A stretch of 64,000 nucleotides of DNA from a virus: the IMG/VR virus record IMGVR_UViG_3300045412_000261, positions 64,001 to 128,000 of that record; one strand, given 5' to 3'. The position numbers and the translations under genes were made by a program. The notes below the pieces were generated by a model. The model saw only the letters and a list, made by a program, of their open reading frames with translations, searched no databases and had not been told where the DNA came from. Shown here piece by piece: positions 51,901-59,771 of this stretch; positions within the stretch are counted from its first letter, which is position 1; each line of letters starts with the position of its first letter.

Positions 51901-52450
51901 GGACATACTAATGTTTATGGCTGTAGCTAGTAGTGGGACTAATAGGAGCATGTATTCCCGAGATGGGATTACCTGGGTATCTTTAGCAACTCCTAGACAA
52001 AACGAATGGACATCCGTCGTATGGTCTCCTAGAAATAGTTCTTTTGTAGCCGTTGCTAGAACAGGTATTCAAAGAGTTATGGAGTCTGTTCAAAAAACGT
52101 CTTTAAATTCATTAAATCCGACAACAGGCTTTGTTGTATCAGCGACTGACGCAATACAATTACCTGCTGGTACGGAAGGACAAAGACCGGAGCTTGCAGG
52201 TAGGGGCATGATTAGATATAATACGAGTAGAGATAGAATGGAGTACTATGGTAGTAGATGGACAGGTTTATCTGACGATAATAACTCTGGAATCCTCCCA
52301 ATAGGATCTACCGCTCAAAGAGTTGCTTTACCACAAACAGGATCTATAAGATTTAATACTCAAACTAGAAGAGTAGAAGTATTTACAGGATTTGGAGGAT
52401 TTGATGGTAGAGGATGGAATACTTTAGTTTTCTCAGGTAGTGCTGTATAA
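48998..52450 (+). CDS. Fibre/adhesin with two ConA/SPRY-like domains and a 7-repeat beta-propeller
   Basis: Seven W.S(V/I).WSP...(F/Y).AV repeats with a 43-aa period; two ITW...FGLN.DP...SIDYA domains; two P.G...QR...G.IR.N motifs. Confidence 0.8.
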   Translation: MRIDKLTVSSSIQIIDSNKNPLQINDNVLFVSSSGNVGIGTLNPKHKLQVHGVVSASVFLGDGSGLTGISNITFASLTGKPTGLVSSSAQLANTTIPGNLTISGKLTAEEYFTEFVSASIIYKSGSSKFGNSLNDKHQFTGSMYVTGSVRATSFIGDGSGLTGVLLEGDFTHTASFTNTTNATVVHNLNTKNVVVSVYDTTNKLIIPDEIILTNDNTVNVLFVNPRSGFAVVNTGGHIVSGTSYNITEYNNILNKPVGIVSGSSQILYSGISNKPTNLISGSSQVSYSGIINKPTGIISSSAQLANATIPGNLTVSGKITAEEFHTEFVSASIVYKSGSSKFGNSLDDRHQFTGSVSITGSLRASSFIGDGSGLINVPNANIGSNFGRLNSYAIYNTTSSLTRARLYDAPITWEMRDDFGIVVSENVRKAGPSTYLKIAPTTSSYNATLHSIQAYGTSSYVSAKATSVSSIAAFGLNNDPRANTLFTSIDYAWLLATGSSRIYEGTTFVGTFGTHTTDTEHSIEFAGSNVIYKKAGVVQRSVFRNTRHALALDTAFTNNNEQGLKNLIFSASGSIEDNNWTSVTWSPQLERYVAVAESGLYPIAYSTDATNWIPASLDEPITWTRNFLGTGVVESGSNHFRKTSGTTAFNASVYSSERYPRLVYTQARYSAQSTVGSLMFGLNTDPAVSANYESIDYAFYVIDGTLQIYESSVVSNLSASFNTYTSTTVLRIEYDGTYVSYLRDGVTVRRVQRNLSGSLGFDTSFNSVTPTGGIRDVEFGLRYTPNHQWSSVTWSPQLGLFVAVSKTGTRRIRTSSNGINWNRIQEPESNAWESVIWSPELALFVAVSSTGTSRVMTSSDGVTWTSRTAAEQNSWVSVAWSPSLSLFVAVSSDGTNRVMTSSNGITWATRSAAQQNSWDSIAWSPELGLFAAVSTDGVNRVMTSTNGINWIARLAAEQNSWKSITWSPDILMFMAVASSGTNRSMYSRDGITWVSLATPRQNEWTSVVWSPRNSSFVAVARTGIQRVMESVQKTSLNSLNPTTGFVVSATDAIQLPAGTEGQRPELAGRGMIRYNTSRDRMEYYGSRWTGLSDDNNSGILPIGSTAQRVALPQTGSIRFNTQTRRVEVFTGFGGFDGRGWNTLVFSGSAV

Positions 52451-52467
52451 AAATAAAAAATTAAAAA

Positions 52468-53721
52468 ATGAAAGTAGAAAAATTAACTGGGATATTTACA
52501 GGTTCTTTTATTGGAGATGGCTCTCAATTGTCCGGAGTTGTATCCTATACTAATACAGATACTCTAAATTATATAAATTCTAGAAATGTTATTTCCGGAT
52601 CTACCCAAGTTTCTTTTACAGGACTTAGAAATAGACCTACTTTAGTTTCCGGTTCATCTCAAATATCTTTCGCAGGTATAACAAATAAACCGTCTATTAT
52701 ATCTGGAAGTGGTGTTAATGCATACATACCAGTATATCAAGGTAAGAATTTTATAGCTTCTAGTTCTTTATTTCAGACAGGAAGTAATATTAGAATCCAA
52801 TCAACAGGTTATTTACAAATACCTGTAGGAACAACTGGACAAAGAATATTTTCCCCTCCCGGTTCAATAAGATATAATACAACATTAGGAGTAGCCGAAA
52901 TATACAGCGGAACTAGCTGGGTTTCGTTTGCGGAGGGGTCTTATACAATAGAATATATAGTAGTTGCCGGGGGAGGTAGTGGTGGTCAAGGTGGAGGAGG
53001 AGGAGGAGGTGCCGGCGGATTTCTCTCAGGATCCTTGGTTGTGCAAAAAAATAGAACTTATCCAATAACGATAGGTGCAGGAGCAGCAGCAACACCAAAC
53101 TCAGCAGGTCCTGGTGATGTAAATGGTTTAAGTGGAAATAACTCTAGTATATCAGATATAATAGTATGTATAGGCGGTGGAGGAGGTGGAGCTTTCGTTA
53201 CTAATAACTCAGGTCTTTCAGGAGGTTCCGGTGGCGGTGGAGGAGCTACAGTAGGATCCACAGGAGGAGCCGGTAATAGTCCACAAGGGAAAAGAGGTGG
53301 AGACACTGTTTCAAGCAATCTTGGAGCAGGCGGAGGCGGTGGCGCTATGGTTAACGGAGGCGCAGGGCAGCCAACCGCGGGTACAGGAGGCGCAGGAGCT
53401 ACAACTAGATTCACAGGACCTATAACCTCATACGCAGGAGGAGGTGGAGGTGGAGAGTATGGAGGCACGGCTGCCGCAGGTGGTGTTGGAGGAGGTGGTA
53501 CAGGGAATAGTAACTCAAATGGAACCGCTGGTACAGTAAATACAGGTGGAGGCGGTGGTGGTGGTTCTTTCAACACTACTTTCTTTGGAGGGGGTGCCGG
53601 AGGTTCGGGTATAGTAATCTTAAAGTATTACGGAGGACCAAAAGGAATAGGAGGCATAGCTACAACATGGTCCGGTTCTACTATTCATACTTTTACAGGA
53701 GCAGGTTCCTTTACAGCATAA
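52468..53721 (+). CDS. Fibre with a C-terminal Gly-rich adhesin domain
   Basis: TGSFIGDGSQLSGV.SYTNTDTLNYINS shared with 40859; IEYIVVAGGG...GGSGIVILKY...HTFT. Confidence 0.8.
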   Translation: MKVEKLTGIFTGSFIGDGSQLSGVVSYTNTDTLNYINSRNVISGSTQVSFTGLRNRPTLVSGSSQISFAGITNKPSIISGSGVNAYIPVYQGKNFIASSSLFQTGSNIRIQSTGYLQIPVGTTGQRIFSPPGSIRYNTTLGVAEIYSGTSWVSFAEGSYTIEYIVVAGGGSGGQGGGGGGGAGGFLSGSLVVQKNRTYPITIGAGAAATPNSAGPGDVNGLSGNNSSISDIIVCIGGGGGGAFVTNNSGLSGGSGGGGGATVGSTGGAGNSPQGKRGGDTVSSNLGAGGGGGAMVNGGAGQPTAGTGGAGATTRFTGPITSYAGGGGGGEYGGTAAAGGVGGGGTGNSNSNGTAGTVNTGGGGGGGSFNTTFFGGGAGGSGIVILKYYGGPKGIGGIATTWSGSTIHTFTGAGSFTA

Positions 53722-53747
53722 TTTATATAACATAATAAAAAAACAAA

Positions 53748-54281
53748 ATGCCAGCAAAATCAGAAAAACAACAAAAATTCTTTCAGTTAGTAAAAGCATA
53801 TAAAGATAAAAAAATGTCGGCAGCGGATGTAGGAAAGAATGTAGAAGATGTAGCTAAAAATATGTCAGATAAAGAAATTGAGAAATTTACGAAATTGACA
53901 AAAGAAGATATCCAAGAACTAAAAGAATTATTAAACATAAAAAAAGAAAATGCAATGTCGGATGTAAAACCTAATGATGTGGAGAATGCGGAAGAAGGTA
54001 AGATGGCAAAATATCAAGCTAAAGACATTATGAAATATGCTTTAGAGATTCATAAGATGATAAATGAAAGAGATGATTTACCAGAATGGGTAGAATCTAA
54101 AATAACAAAAGCTCATGATTACATGTCAACTTTATGTCAGTATATGTCAAATGAATTAGAGAATGATCCTAATGCATTTAAGAAAACAGATGAAGGGTAT
54201 TATAGTAGAAAACCTAAGTCAGGAAAAGTAGGAGGCATTGGAAGATTGGTTGGTGCTGCAATGTCAATAGGAAAGAGGTAA
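53748..54281 (+). CDS. Hypothetical phage protein (MPAKSEKQQKF N-terminus)
   Basis: 177-aa ORF; DLPEWVESKITKA.DY segment; probably late or head-associated. Confidence 0.7.
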   Translation: MPAKSEKQQKFFQLVKAYKDKKMSAADVGKNVEDVAKNMSDKEIEKFTKLTKEDIQELKELLNIKKENAMSDVKPNDVENAEEGKMAKYQAKDIMKYALEIHKMINERDDLPEWVESKITKAHDYMSTLCQYMSNELENDPNAFKKTDEGYYSRKPKSGKVGGIGRLVGAAMSIGKR

Positions 54282-54322
54282 ATGTTTTATATATTTTTTC
54301 GATTTTAAAATAATGTAATAAA

Positions 54323-55207
54323 ATGCAAGACATGGAATTAATAAAAAAAATTCAAGAGTTTTTTGGATTTACTAAGACTGGAGAATATGATTCATTAACT
54401 GAAGCAGCAGTAAAGAATGTGCAAAGAAGTAATGAAGTTTATCCCGACGGAAAATTAGATGATTATACGGTTAACCTTATTTTCGAAGGAGAACTCACAA
54501 CTGATTTTCTAAGTAGAGTAGAAGTGTCCGGCGATTTAGTTATTGATAGAAGACATATGCCCGAAAAGGAATATATAAAAACAGAAACAAAAAAAGAGTA
54601 TATTTTCCTACATCATACAGCCGGATGGGATAATCCATATAATGTTATAAATGGATGGGCTACAGATACTAGGGGTAGAGTAGGAACTCAATATGTTATA
54701 GGTGGACAAAATATTACAAATGTTTCCCATAAATACGATGGTATTATTGTTGAAGCATTTCCAAAAGAGTATTATGCTTATCATTTAGGCATTGGAGCTA
54801 CTTACATGCATTCAAGATCAGTAGGGATTGAATTATGTAATTTCGGATACCTAACAAAAGAGGGTACTAAATTTTACACCTATACAAGAAGGGAAGTGCA
54901 CCCAAGTCAAGTAGTAACATTGAAGAAAGATTTTAGAGGATTTAGATATTTCCATAAATATTCTGACAATCAAATATCTGCATTGAAAAAATTACTTATA
55001 AAAATATCTAACGATCATTCTATTGATTTAAAAAGCGGGCTACACACATATTTCAATTCACAAGATCCATTTATAGCTTTAGATTATAAAGATGACGTAA
55101 AGAAAGGTCTTGTGAAAGGTGTATTCTCTCATACTAATGTTATCATGTCCGGCAAATGGGATATTTTCCCGCAGGATGAAATAGTAGATATGATGAGAAG
55201 TATTTAA
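54323..55207 (+). CDS. N-acetylmuramoyl-L-alanine amidase (Amidase_2), probable endolysin
   Basis: IFLHHTAG, YAYHLG, SVGIELCN, Q..AL..L, SHTNV...K.D; degenerate PG-binding-like N-terminus. Confidence 0.88.
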   Translation: MQDMELIKKIQEFFGFTKTGEYDSLTEAAVKNVQRSNEVYPDGKLDDYTVNLIFEGELTTDFLSRVEVSGDLVIDRRHMPEKEYIKTETKKEYIFLHHTAGWDNPYNVINGWATDTRGRVGTQYVIGGQNITNVSHKYDGIIVEAFPKEYYAYHLGIGATYMHSRSVGIELCNFGYLTKEGTKFYTYTRREVHPSQVVTLKKDFRGFRYFHKYSDNQISALKKLLIKISNDHSIDLKSGLHTYFNSQDPFIALDYKDDVKKGLVKGVFSHTNVIMSGKWDIFPQDEIVDMMRSI

Positions 55208-55782
55208 ACAACAGGATCATAAGTCTCTGTTTCTTTAGGATTTCTTATTTTTTTGGAAAGAGGTATAAAGAATTTGTCTTCCTTACCATCTATATCTTTT
55301 GACAGGTCATAAATATTTCCCATGACTTCAAAAGGGCATATTAAATCAGTTAAATCTTCATTAGAGAAATTATGTCCTATTATTTTTTGTATCTCCTTTA
55401 GTTTATCTTTTGTTATGTTACTAATGATATTTAATCTTTTGAGTTCTTGGTATCTATATAATGGATAGTCCCCGCAGAAAAATTGTAAAGTGATTGGATT
55501 CCATCTTACCCTTTCTAGCTTTATATATAGCTTGTAATCATCACCAATAAATCTACTAAGTATGTTATCATTTTCGTAGATTCTATTCCCTAAAGAGTCC
55601 CTAAAGCCAGTCCATGCATCACAGGATTCGAGAGAAAATCCTCTATGTGTTCCTGTATAAACATATCCTAAATCCTTATTGTCATTATCAAATATGTTCT
55701 CAAATACCTCAATGATTTCTCCTTTTTTTAATTCAGCAAAACTTTTTTCCGCTCTAAATCTCAGTCTAAAAATAGTCTCCAT
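55204..55782 (-). CDS. YopX-family protein
   Basis: LRFRA...WTGFRDSLGNRIYENDNI...FEVMGNIYD; likely start at 55782. Confidence 0.75.
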   Translation of the reverse strand: METIFRLRFRAEKSFAELKKGEIIEVFENIFDNDNKDLGYVYTGTHRGFSLESCDAWTGFRDSLGNRIYENDNILSRFIGDDYKLYIKLERVRWNPITLQFFCGDYPLYRYQELKRLNIISNITKDKLKEIQKIIGHNFSNEDLTDLICPFEVMGNIYDLSKDIDGKEDKFFIPLSKKIRNPKETETYDPVV

Positions 55783-55816
55783 AGTGTGTTCGTGTTTTAA
55801 ATAGTAATAATAAGCG

Positions 55817-55847
55817 CAAATATAATAAAAACAATCCACTTACGCAA
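55817..55847 (-). promoter_or_regulatory. Bacteroidota-type sigma70 promoter (TTG-N20-TATATTTG)
   Basis: -7 element at 55817-55824 and -33 TTG at 55845-55847, upstream of the YopX gene. Confidence 0.75.
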
Positions 55848-55896
55848 CTATTTTTTTAATTTTTACGTTAAATAATTGTTTATAACATTGTATATC

Positions 55897-56574
55897 ATGA
55901 TTATATCTCACAAATATAAATGTATCTTCATAAGAATTCCAAAGACCGGTTCAACTAGTGTAGAGACATATTTAAAAGAAGTTGACCCGGATTGTATTTC
56001 ATCAGGGGATAAACCTCCGTATGGGCACGACACATGTTCTCAATTACTAGAACAGCATGGTCATACAATATGGAACTCTTATTATAAATTTACTTTCATT
56101 CGAGAGCCTTATCAGTGGTACAAATCCTACTACTCGGATCTTTTGAATTATTCATGGGATAAAGATAGTGAACTAGCAAAAAAAAGTTTAGGTTTAATAT
56201 TGACAGATGATAATACTTTACCCGAACCTGTTAATTACACATTATATGAAAAGCACATAATTATAATTCAATTACTCAATGATTTTTGGTTTTATCCTAC
56301 TATAAATGAAAATATAATGGATAGTCATGTAACTCAAGTATCTTGGATAGATAAACCCATTAATTTTATTGGAAGAACAGAATTTTTAGATGAAGATTTT
56401 AGGGATATATGTAATAAATTAAGTATTCCATTTACAGAATTAAAAAGATTGAATACATCAGATTCACATAAATTAAGTCATAGTGAAGGATCTAAAAGAC
56501 TGATAAAATGTTTAGCGGAAAAAGATTTAGAATTATACTACAATCTAAAACCTTTAACAAATAATCGTTATTAA
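55897..56574 (+). CDS. PAPS-dependent sulfotransferase (Sulfotransfer_2-like)
   Basis: MIISHKYKCIFIRIPKTGSTS (5'-PSB loop), FTFIREPY..Y.SYY (3'-PB), FIGRTEFL.EDF; likely start at 55897. Confidence 0.82.
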   Translation: MIISHKYKCIFIRIPKTGSTSVETYLKEVDPDCISSGDKPPYGHDTCSQLLEQHGHTIWNSYYKFTFIREPYQWYKSYYSDLLNYSWDKDSELAKKSLGLILTDDNTLPEPVNYTLYEKHIIIIQLLNDFWFYPTINENIMDSHVTQVSWIDKPINFIGRTEFLDEDFRDICNKLSIPFTELKRLNTSDSHKLSHSEGSKRLIKCLAEKDLELYYNLKPLTNNRY

Positions 56575-56616
56575 TGTGTAATTATACAAAAGAGTAAGTT
56601 TATAGCAAAATAACAC

Positions 56617-56629
56617 TATTTATAATAAA
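56617..56629 (+). promoter_or_regulatory. Candidate late promoter TATTTATAATAAA
   Basis: 10 nt upstream of ATG 56640. Confidence 0.55.
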
Positions 56630-56639
56630 AGCAAATATT

Positions 56640-56918
56640 ATGGGAAGACCTAAAAAAACAGAAGTAGATTCTAAAATAGAGAATCCGGAAACAAAAAAAC
56701 CGAGAAAAGCATCTACTAAATCTAAAGAATTTATGGATGCCTCAGGTTTTAGAACTACAATACCTCCAGGGGATGCTTATAAATTAAAAATGACTACTTC
56801 AGAAGGTGAAAAAATTATTATTAGCGAAAATTTGTCACAGATAGTGGATGCGATAAAAAAATTAAAACAAGATTTTAAAAAGGTTAAAATAGATTTTAGT
56901 AAAGTTATTAAGACTTAG
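56640..56918 (+). CDS. Small basic protein (MGRPKK N-terminus)
   Basis: 92 aa, Lys-rich, AT-hook-like start; possibly DNA-binding. Confidence 0.65.
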   Translation: MGRPKKTEVDSKIENPETKKPRKASTKSKEFMDASGFRTTIPPGDAYKLKMTTSEGEKIIISENLSQIVDAIKKLKQDFKKVKIDFSKVIKT

Positions 56919-57013
56919 CCTAGAATGATTAATGAGAATCTCGGTAAATCTATATTATATAAATTAAAAGATGCTACACTAAATTTTTTAGATGTTTTAA
57001 AAAATAGTTTTAC

Positions 57014-57523
57014 ATGAGTGGTATTATTATTACTGATTATTTGAGGAGGTATTTACGAAAAGATTTAGATAATTTTCATAAGTATTTACAGATTATAGCG
57101 GAAGAAGGTGCTGATTATAGTGATAGATTAATTCGCCGCAGGGATAAACTACATTTAGATGCAATTAAAGGATTGTTTGCATTTGTTGTAGATTCCAAAA
57201 CATTTAATGATATTTCTTCCGCAGATAGAATATATTTTTTAATTGATGCCATGTATTATTATTTTCCATTCGGAAGACATGAAAAAATGAGAAAAGATGA
57301 AGCATTCATTTATGATGTGTTTATAAAAGAATGTAGAAAAGAAGATGTATTAAGAAGACAAGAATATGAGAAATGGTTAGTTAAAAAAAAGGGCGGGGAT
57401 TATTGGAAATGGATGCACCAGATATTAGGAGCTGATTGGGAAGAATCCAAAAAAGAATCAATGAAAATGAAAAAAGCATATAAAGAAAGAGTTAAAAGAA
57501 AAGAATTAAGAAATGAATCTTAA
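57014..57523 (+). CDS. Hypothetical protein
   Basis: 169-aa ORF with a basic C-terminus. Confidence 0.65.
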   Translation: MSGIIITDYLRRYLRKDLDNFHKYLQIIAEEGADYSDRLIRRRDKLHLDAIKGLFAFVVDSKTFNDISSADRIYFLIDAMYYYFPFGRHEKMRKDEAFIYDVFIKECRKEDVLRRQEYEKWLVKKKGGDYWKWMHQILGADWEESKKESMKMKKAYKERVKRKELRNES

Positions 57524-57538
57524 AAATAAATAAACAAC

Positions 57539-57856
57539 ATGAATTATAATGATGAAGATTTTTTAAGAAGAATAGTAGGAGTAGGAACATTAGGATACTC
57601 ATTAGAAAAAATAATAAATGTATTAGACATTCCTACATCTGAAATAACAACATTTAGCAACGAATTTTATAATAAAAATAGTGAAGTATATAGAGCATAC
57701 AAAAAAGGAATAGATAAAGCAGACTACGTCATAGACATGAAACTATTTGAAGAAGCTAAAAGTGGAAACATAAGAGCTTTAAAAAAATATGAAGAAAGAA
57801 AAGATAAAGAAATATATAGACAAAGAAGAGCACAAACATTAAAAGATGAAGAATAA
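57539..57856 (+). CDS. HTH protein resembling temperate-phage terminase small subunits
   Basis: LGYSLEKI..VLDI...F...AYKKG...L...A.SGN..A pattern; precedes the ParB genes. Confidence 0.5.
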   Translation: MNYNDEDFLRRIVGVGTLGYSLEKIINVLDIPTSEITTFSNEFYNKNSEVYRAYKKGIDKADYVIDMKLFEEAKSGNIRALKKYEERKDKEIYRQRRAQTLKDEE

Positions 57857-58460
57857 TATTGAATATATAGATGTAAATAGATTATCGGAGAATCCAAGAA
57901 ATAGTAAAATACATCCGGATGAGCAGATAGGTAAATTAATGAAGAGCATTACAGAGTTTGGGTTTAACATTCCCATTCTCATTGATAAAAAAAACATGAT
58001 TATTGCTGGACATGCTAGATTTACAGCAGCTAAGGCATTACATATAGAATCAATCCCATGTATCCGCATTGAGAATTTAACAGATGATCAAATAAGAGCT
58101 TATTCCATAGCAGATAATAAATTAACAGAATTAGGGGAATGGGACTACACAAAACTAAGCGATGAATTAGAATATCTCAATTCTATTGACATAGATGCAA
58201 TGGCCATGGGATTTGATTATGAAGATTTTGAAATGCTTAATGAATCTTTTCAAAATGATACTGACATCTTATCCACAAATAAATCTGAATCTTCTCCTGC
58301 ATCTAAAAATAAAAAAAGCATTGTCTTCTCATATAACATAGAAGATTATACAAACATGATGAAGAAATTCAAGACAGTAATGAATGAGAACGACCTAAAA
58401 GCTAATTCTGAAGTTATAAGATTATTGATTGAACATTACAATGAAAGACATCATGAGTAA
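57846..58460 (+). CDS. ParB/Srx N-terminal domain protein 1
   Basis: L..NPRNSKIH...QI..L..SI.EFGF..PILID...IIAGHAR..AA...AY.IADNKL.E..EWD. Confidence 0.88.
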   Translation: MKNNIEYIDVNRLSENPRNSKIHPDEQIGKLMKSITEFGFNIPILIDKKNMIIAGHARFTAAKALHIESIPCIRIENLTDDQIRAYSIADNKLTELGEWDYTKLSDELEYLNSIDIDAMAMGFDYEDFEMLNESFQNDTDILSTNKSESSPASKNKKSIVFSYNIEDYTNMMKKFKTVMNENDLKANSEVIRLLIEHYNERHHE

Positions 58461-59031
58461 ATTAAATATAGAAATTGTCAAAATAGATGAAATAAAAGAA
58501 TCAAATTATAATTCGAGAATACACAGCGAAGTTCAAATAGAGAAGATTGCCAACAGTATTAATGAATTTGGTTTTGTTAATCCCATTATTGTAGATGAAA
58601 ACAATGAAATAATAGCTGGACATGGTAGATATAGAGCAGCACTATTTAATAAATTAAAAGAAGTTCCTATTATACGTCTAATCCATCTCACCGAAGATAA
58701 TAAGAGAGCATTTATCATAGCGGATAATAAAATAGCGCTTTCCGGAGAATGGGATTATGATATGTTGAAAGATGAATTTGATATTATACTTAAGAGTGAA
58801 ATGGATATTGACTTGTTAGGATTCAATAAAAAGTTTATAGATTCAATGTTTAAAGAAAAAAATCCGGATGCTTTAGTTGTACATAAGTTAAAGACATTGA
58901 AAATAAATTTCGATGCTGACGATTATGATACTACAATTGATTCAATAAATGATATTATGGATAAAGAGGGTTGCGTAGATCATGAAGAAGTCTTAGTTAG
59001 ATTACTTGATTTTTATTTAGCAAAAGCATAG
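58453..59031 (+). CDS. ParB/Srx N-terminal domain protein 2
   Basis: Same motif set (NSRIH, EFGFVNPIIVD, IIAGHGRY, ADNKIA..GEWD); likely start at 58453 or 58441. Confidence 0.88.
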   Translation: MSKLNIEIVKIDEIKESNYNSRIHSEVQIEKIANSINEFGFVNPIIVDENNEIIAGHGRYRAALFNKLKEVPIIRLIHLTEDNKRAFIIADNKIALSGEWDYDMLKDEFDIILKSEMDIDLLGFNKKFIDSMFKEKNPDALVVHKLKTLKINFDADDYDTTIDSINDIMDKEGCVDHEEVLVRLLDFYLAKA

Positions 59032-59037
59032 TACAAT

Positions 59038-59753
59038 ATGAAATTATCCGATATAAAACCAAATCCTAAGAATCCGCACACAATATCAGAGGAAAAATTA
59101 GAAAAATTAAAAAATAGTATTGTAGAAATGCCCAAGGGTCTTTCTATAAAGCCAAAGTAATTTATATAAAAAATAGAAGAAAAGTTTTTTTGGACTTTTA
59201 CGAATTTCACTTAAAAAACAAGGCTCACGCAGGAGCCATATATTATGCATTTCCATATATTTTTGAATCATTAAATATGAGTATGAATCAAAAACTTTGG
59301 TTCTCCTTTATAAATGGATGCACTTAGAATGTAGTAAGTACTTATTTAATATATAAAGAATTCCTAGACTTAGATAATATAGATGTATTTAAATTATATG
59401 ATTTTTTTAGAAAAAATTATACTAAATTTGGCTAGGATATAGATAGAAGATATGCAAAAAATAAATTTGAAGATTGTATAAAAAATTATATAAAAAAACA
59501 GAATAAAATAGCAATTTTTGAAGGTGATAGATTTTCTAATTCAAAATTTATAAATAAATCTAACCCGTGTATCCTTAAGATACTAGGAGATGGAGAAAAA
59601 GGAAGAATTATAAGAAAAAGTAATCAATCCCTTAGACATATAAAAAGTATATCTACTAGGGTGAACAATATAAAAGCACATAAAAACTTTAGTAATTCAT
59701 CAGATTTTTAATTCTATATACAAAATTTAATTTCAGAAATAGAAAATAAATAA
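59038..59753 (+). pseudogene. Composite pseudogene: ParB N-terminal fragment + amino-acid:DNA transferase (aGPT-Pplase2-like) fragment + P-loop kinase-like C-terminal fragment
   Basis: 59038-59160 reads MKLSDIKPNPKNPH...KLKNSIVEMPK.LSIKP*. A shifted frame then reads VIYIKNRRKVFLDFYEFHLKNKAHAGAIYY...KLWFSFINGCT*N...KFG*DIDRRYAKNKF...IFEGDRFSN...GRIIRKSNQS...STRVNN to TAA 59751-59753, with TAGs at 59325 and 59433. Confidence 0.7.
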
Positions 59754-59771
59754 TACTTATATAAAAAAACT

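Noticed and set aside
36846-53721. Diversity-generating retroelement or invertase shufflon acting on the fibre tips
   Set aside because: No reverse transcriptase or recombinase in the window, no repeat pair with adenine-specific mismatches, and the shared repeats are direct and inside coding sequence.
57846-59031. ParABS partition system
   Set aside because: No ParA and no parS-like palindromes were seen. The proteins have only the ParB/Srx N-terminal domain of the type linked to DNA modification and packaging loci.
59160-59753. TAG stop-codon reassignment suggested by two in-frame TAGs
   Set aside because: From the motif context the two TAGs appear to replace different residues (Gln in GCTQN, Trp in GWD), each by a single transition. 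The region also has a frameshift and deletions, and intact genes (42479, 56640, 58453, 25378-26502) end in TAG. Pseudogene decay fits better.
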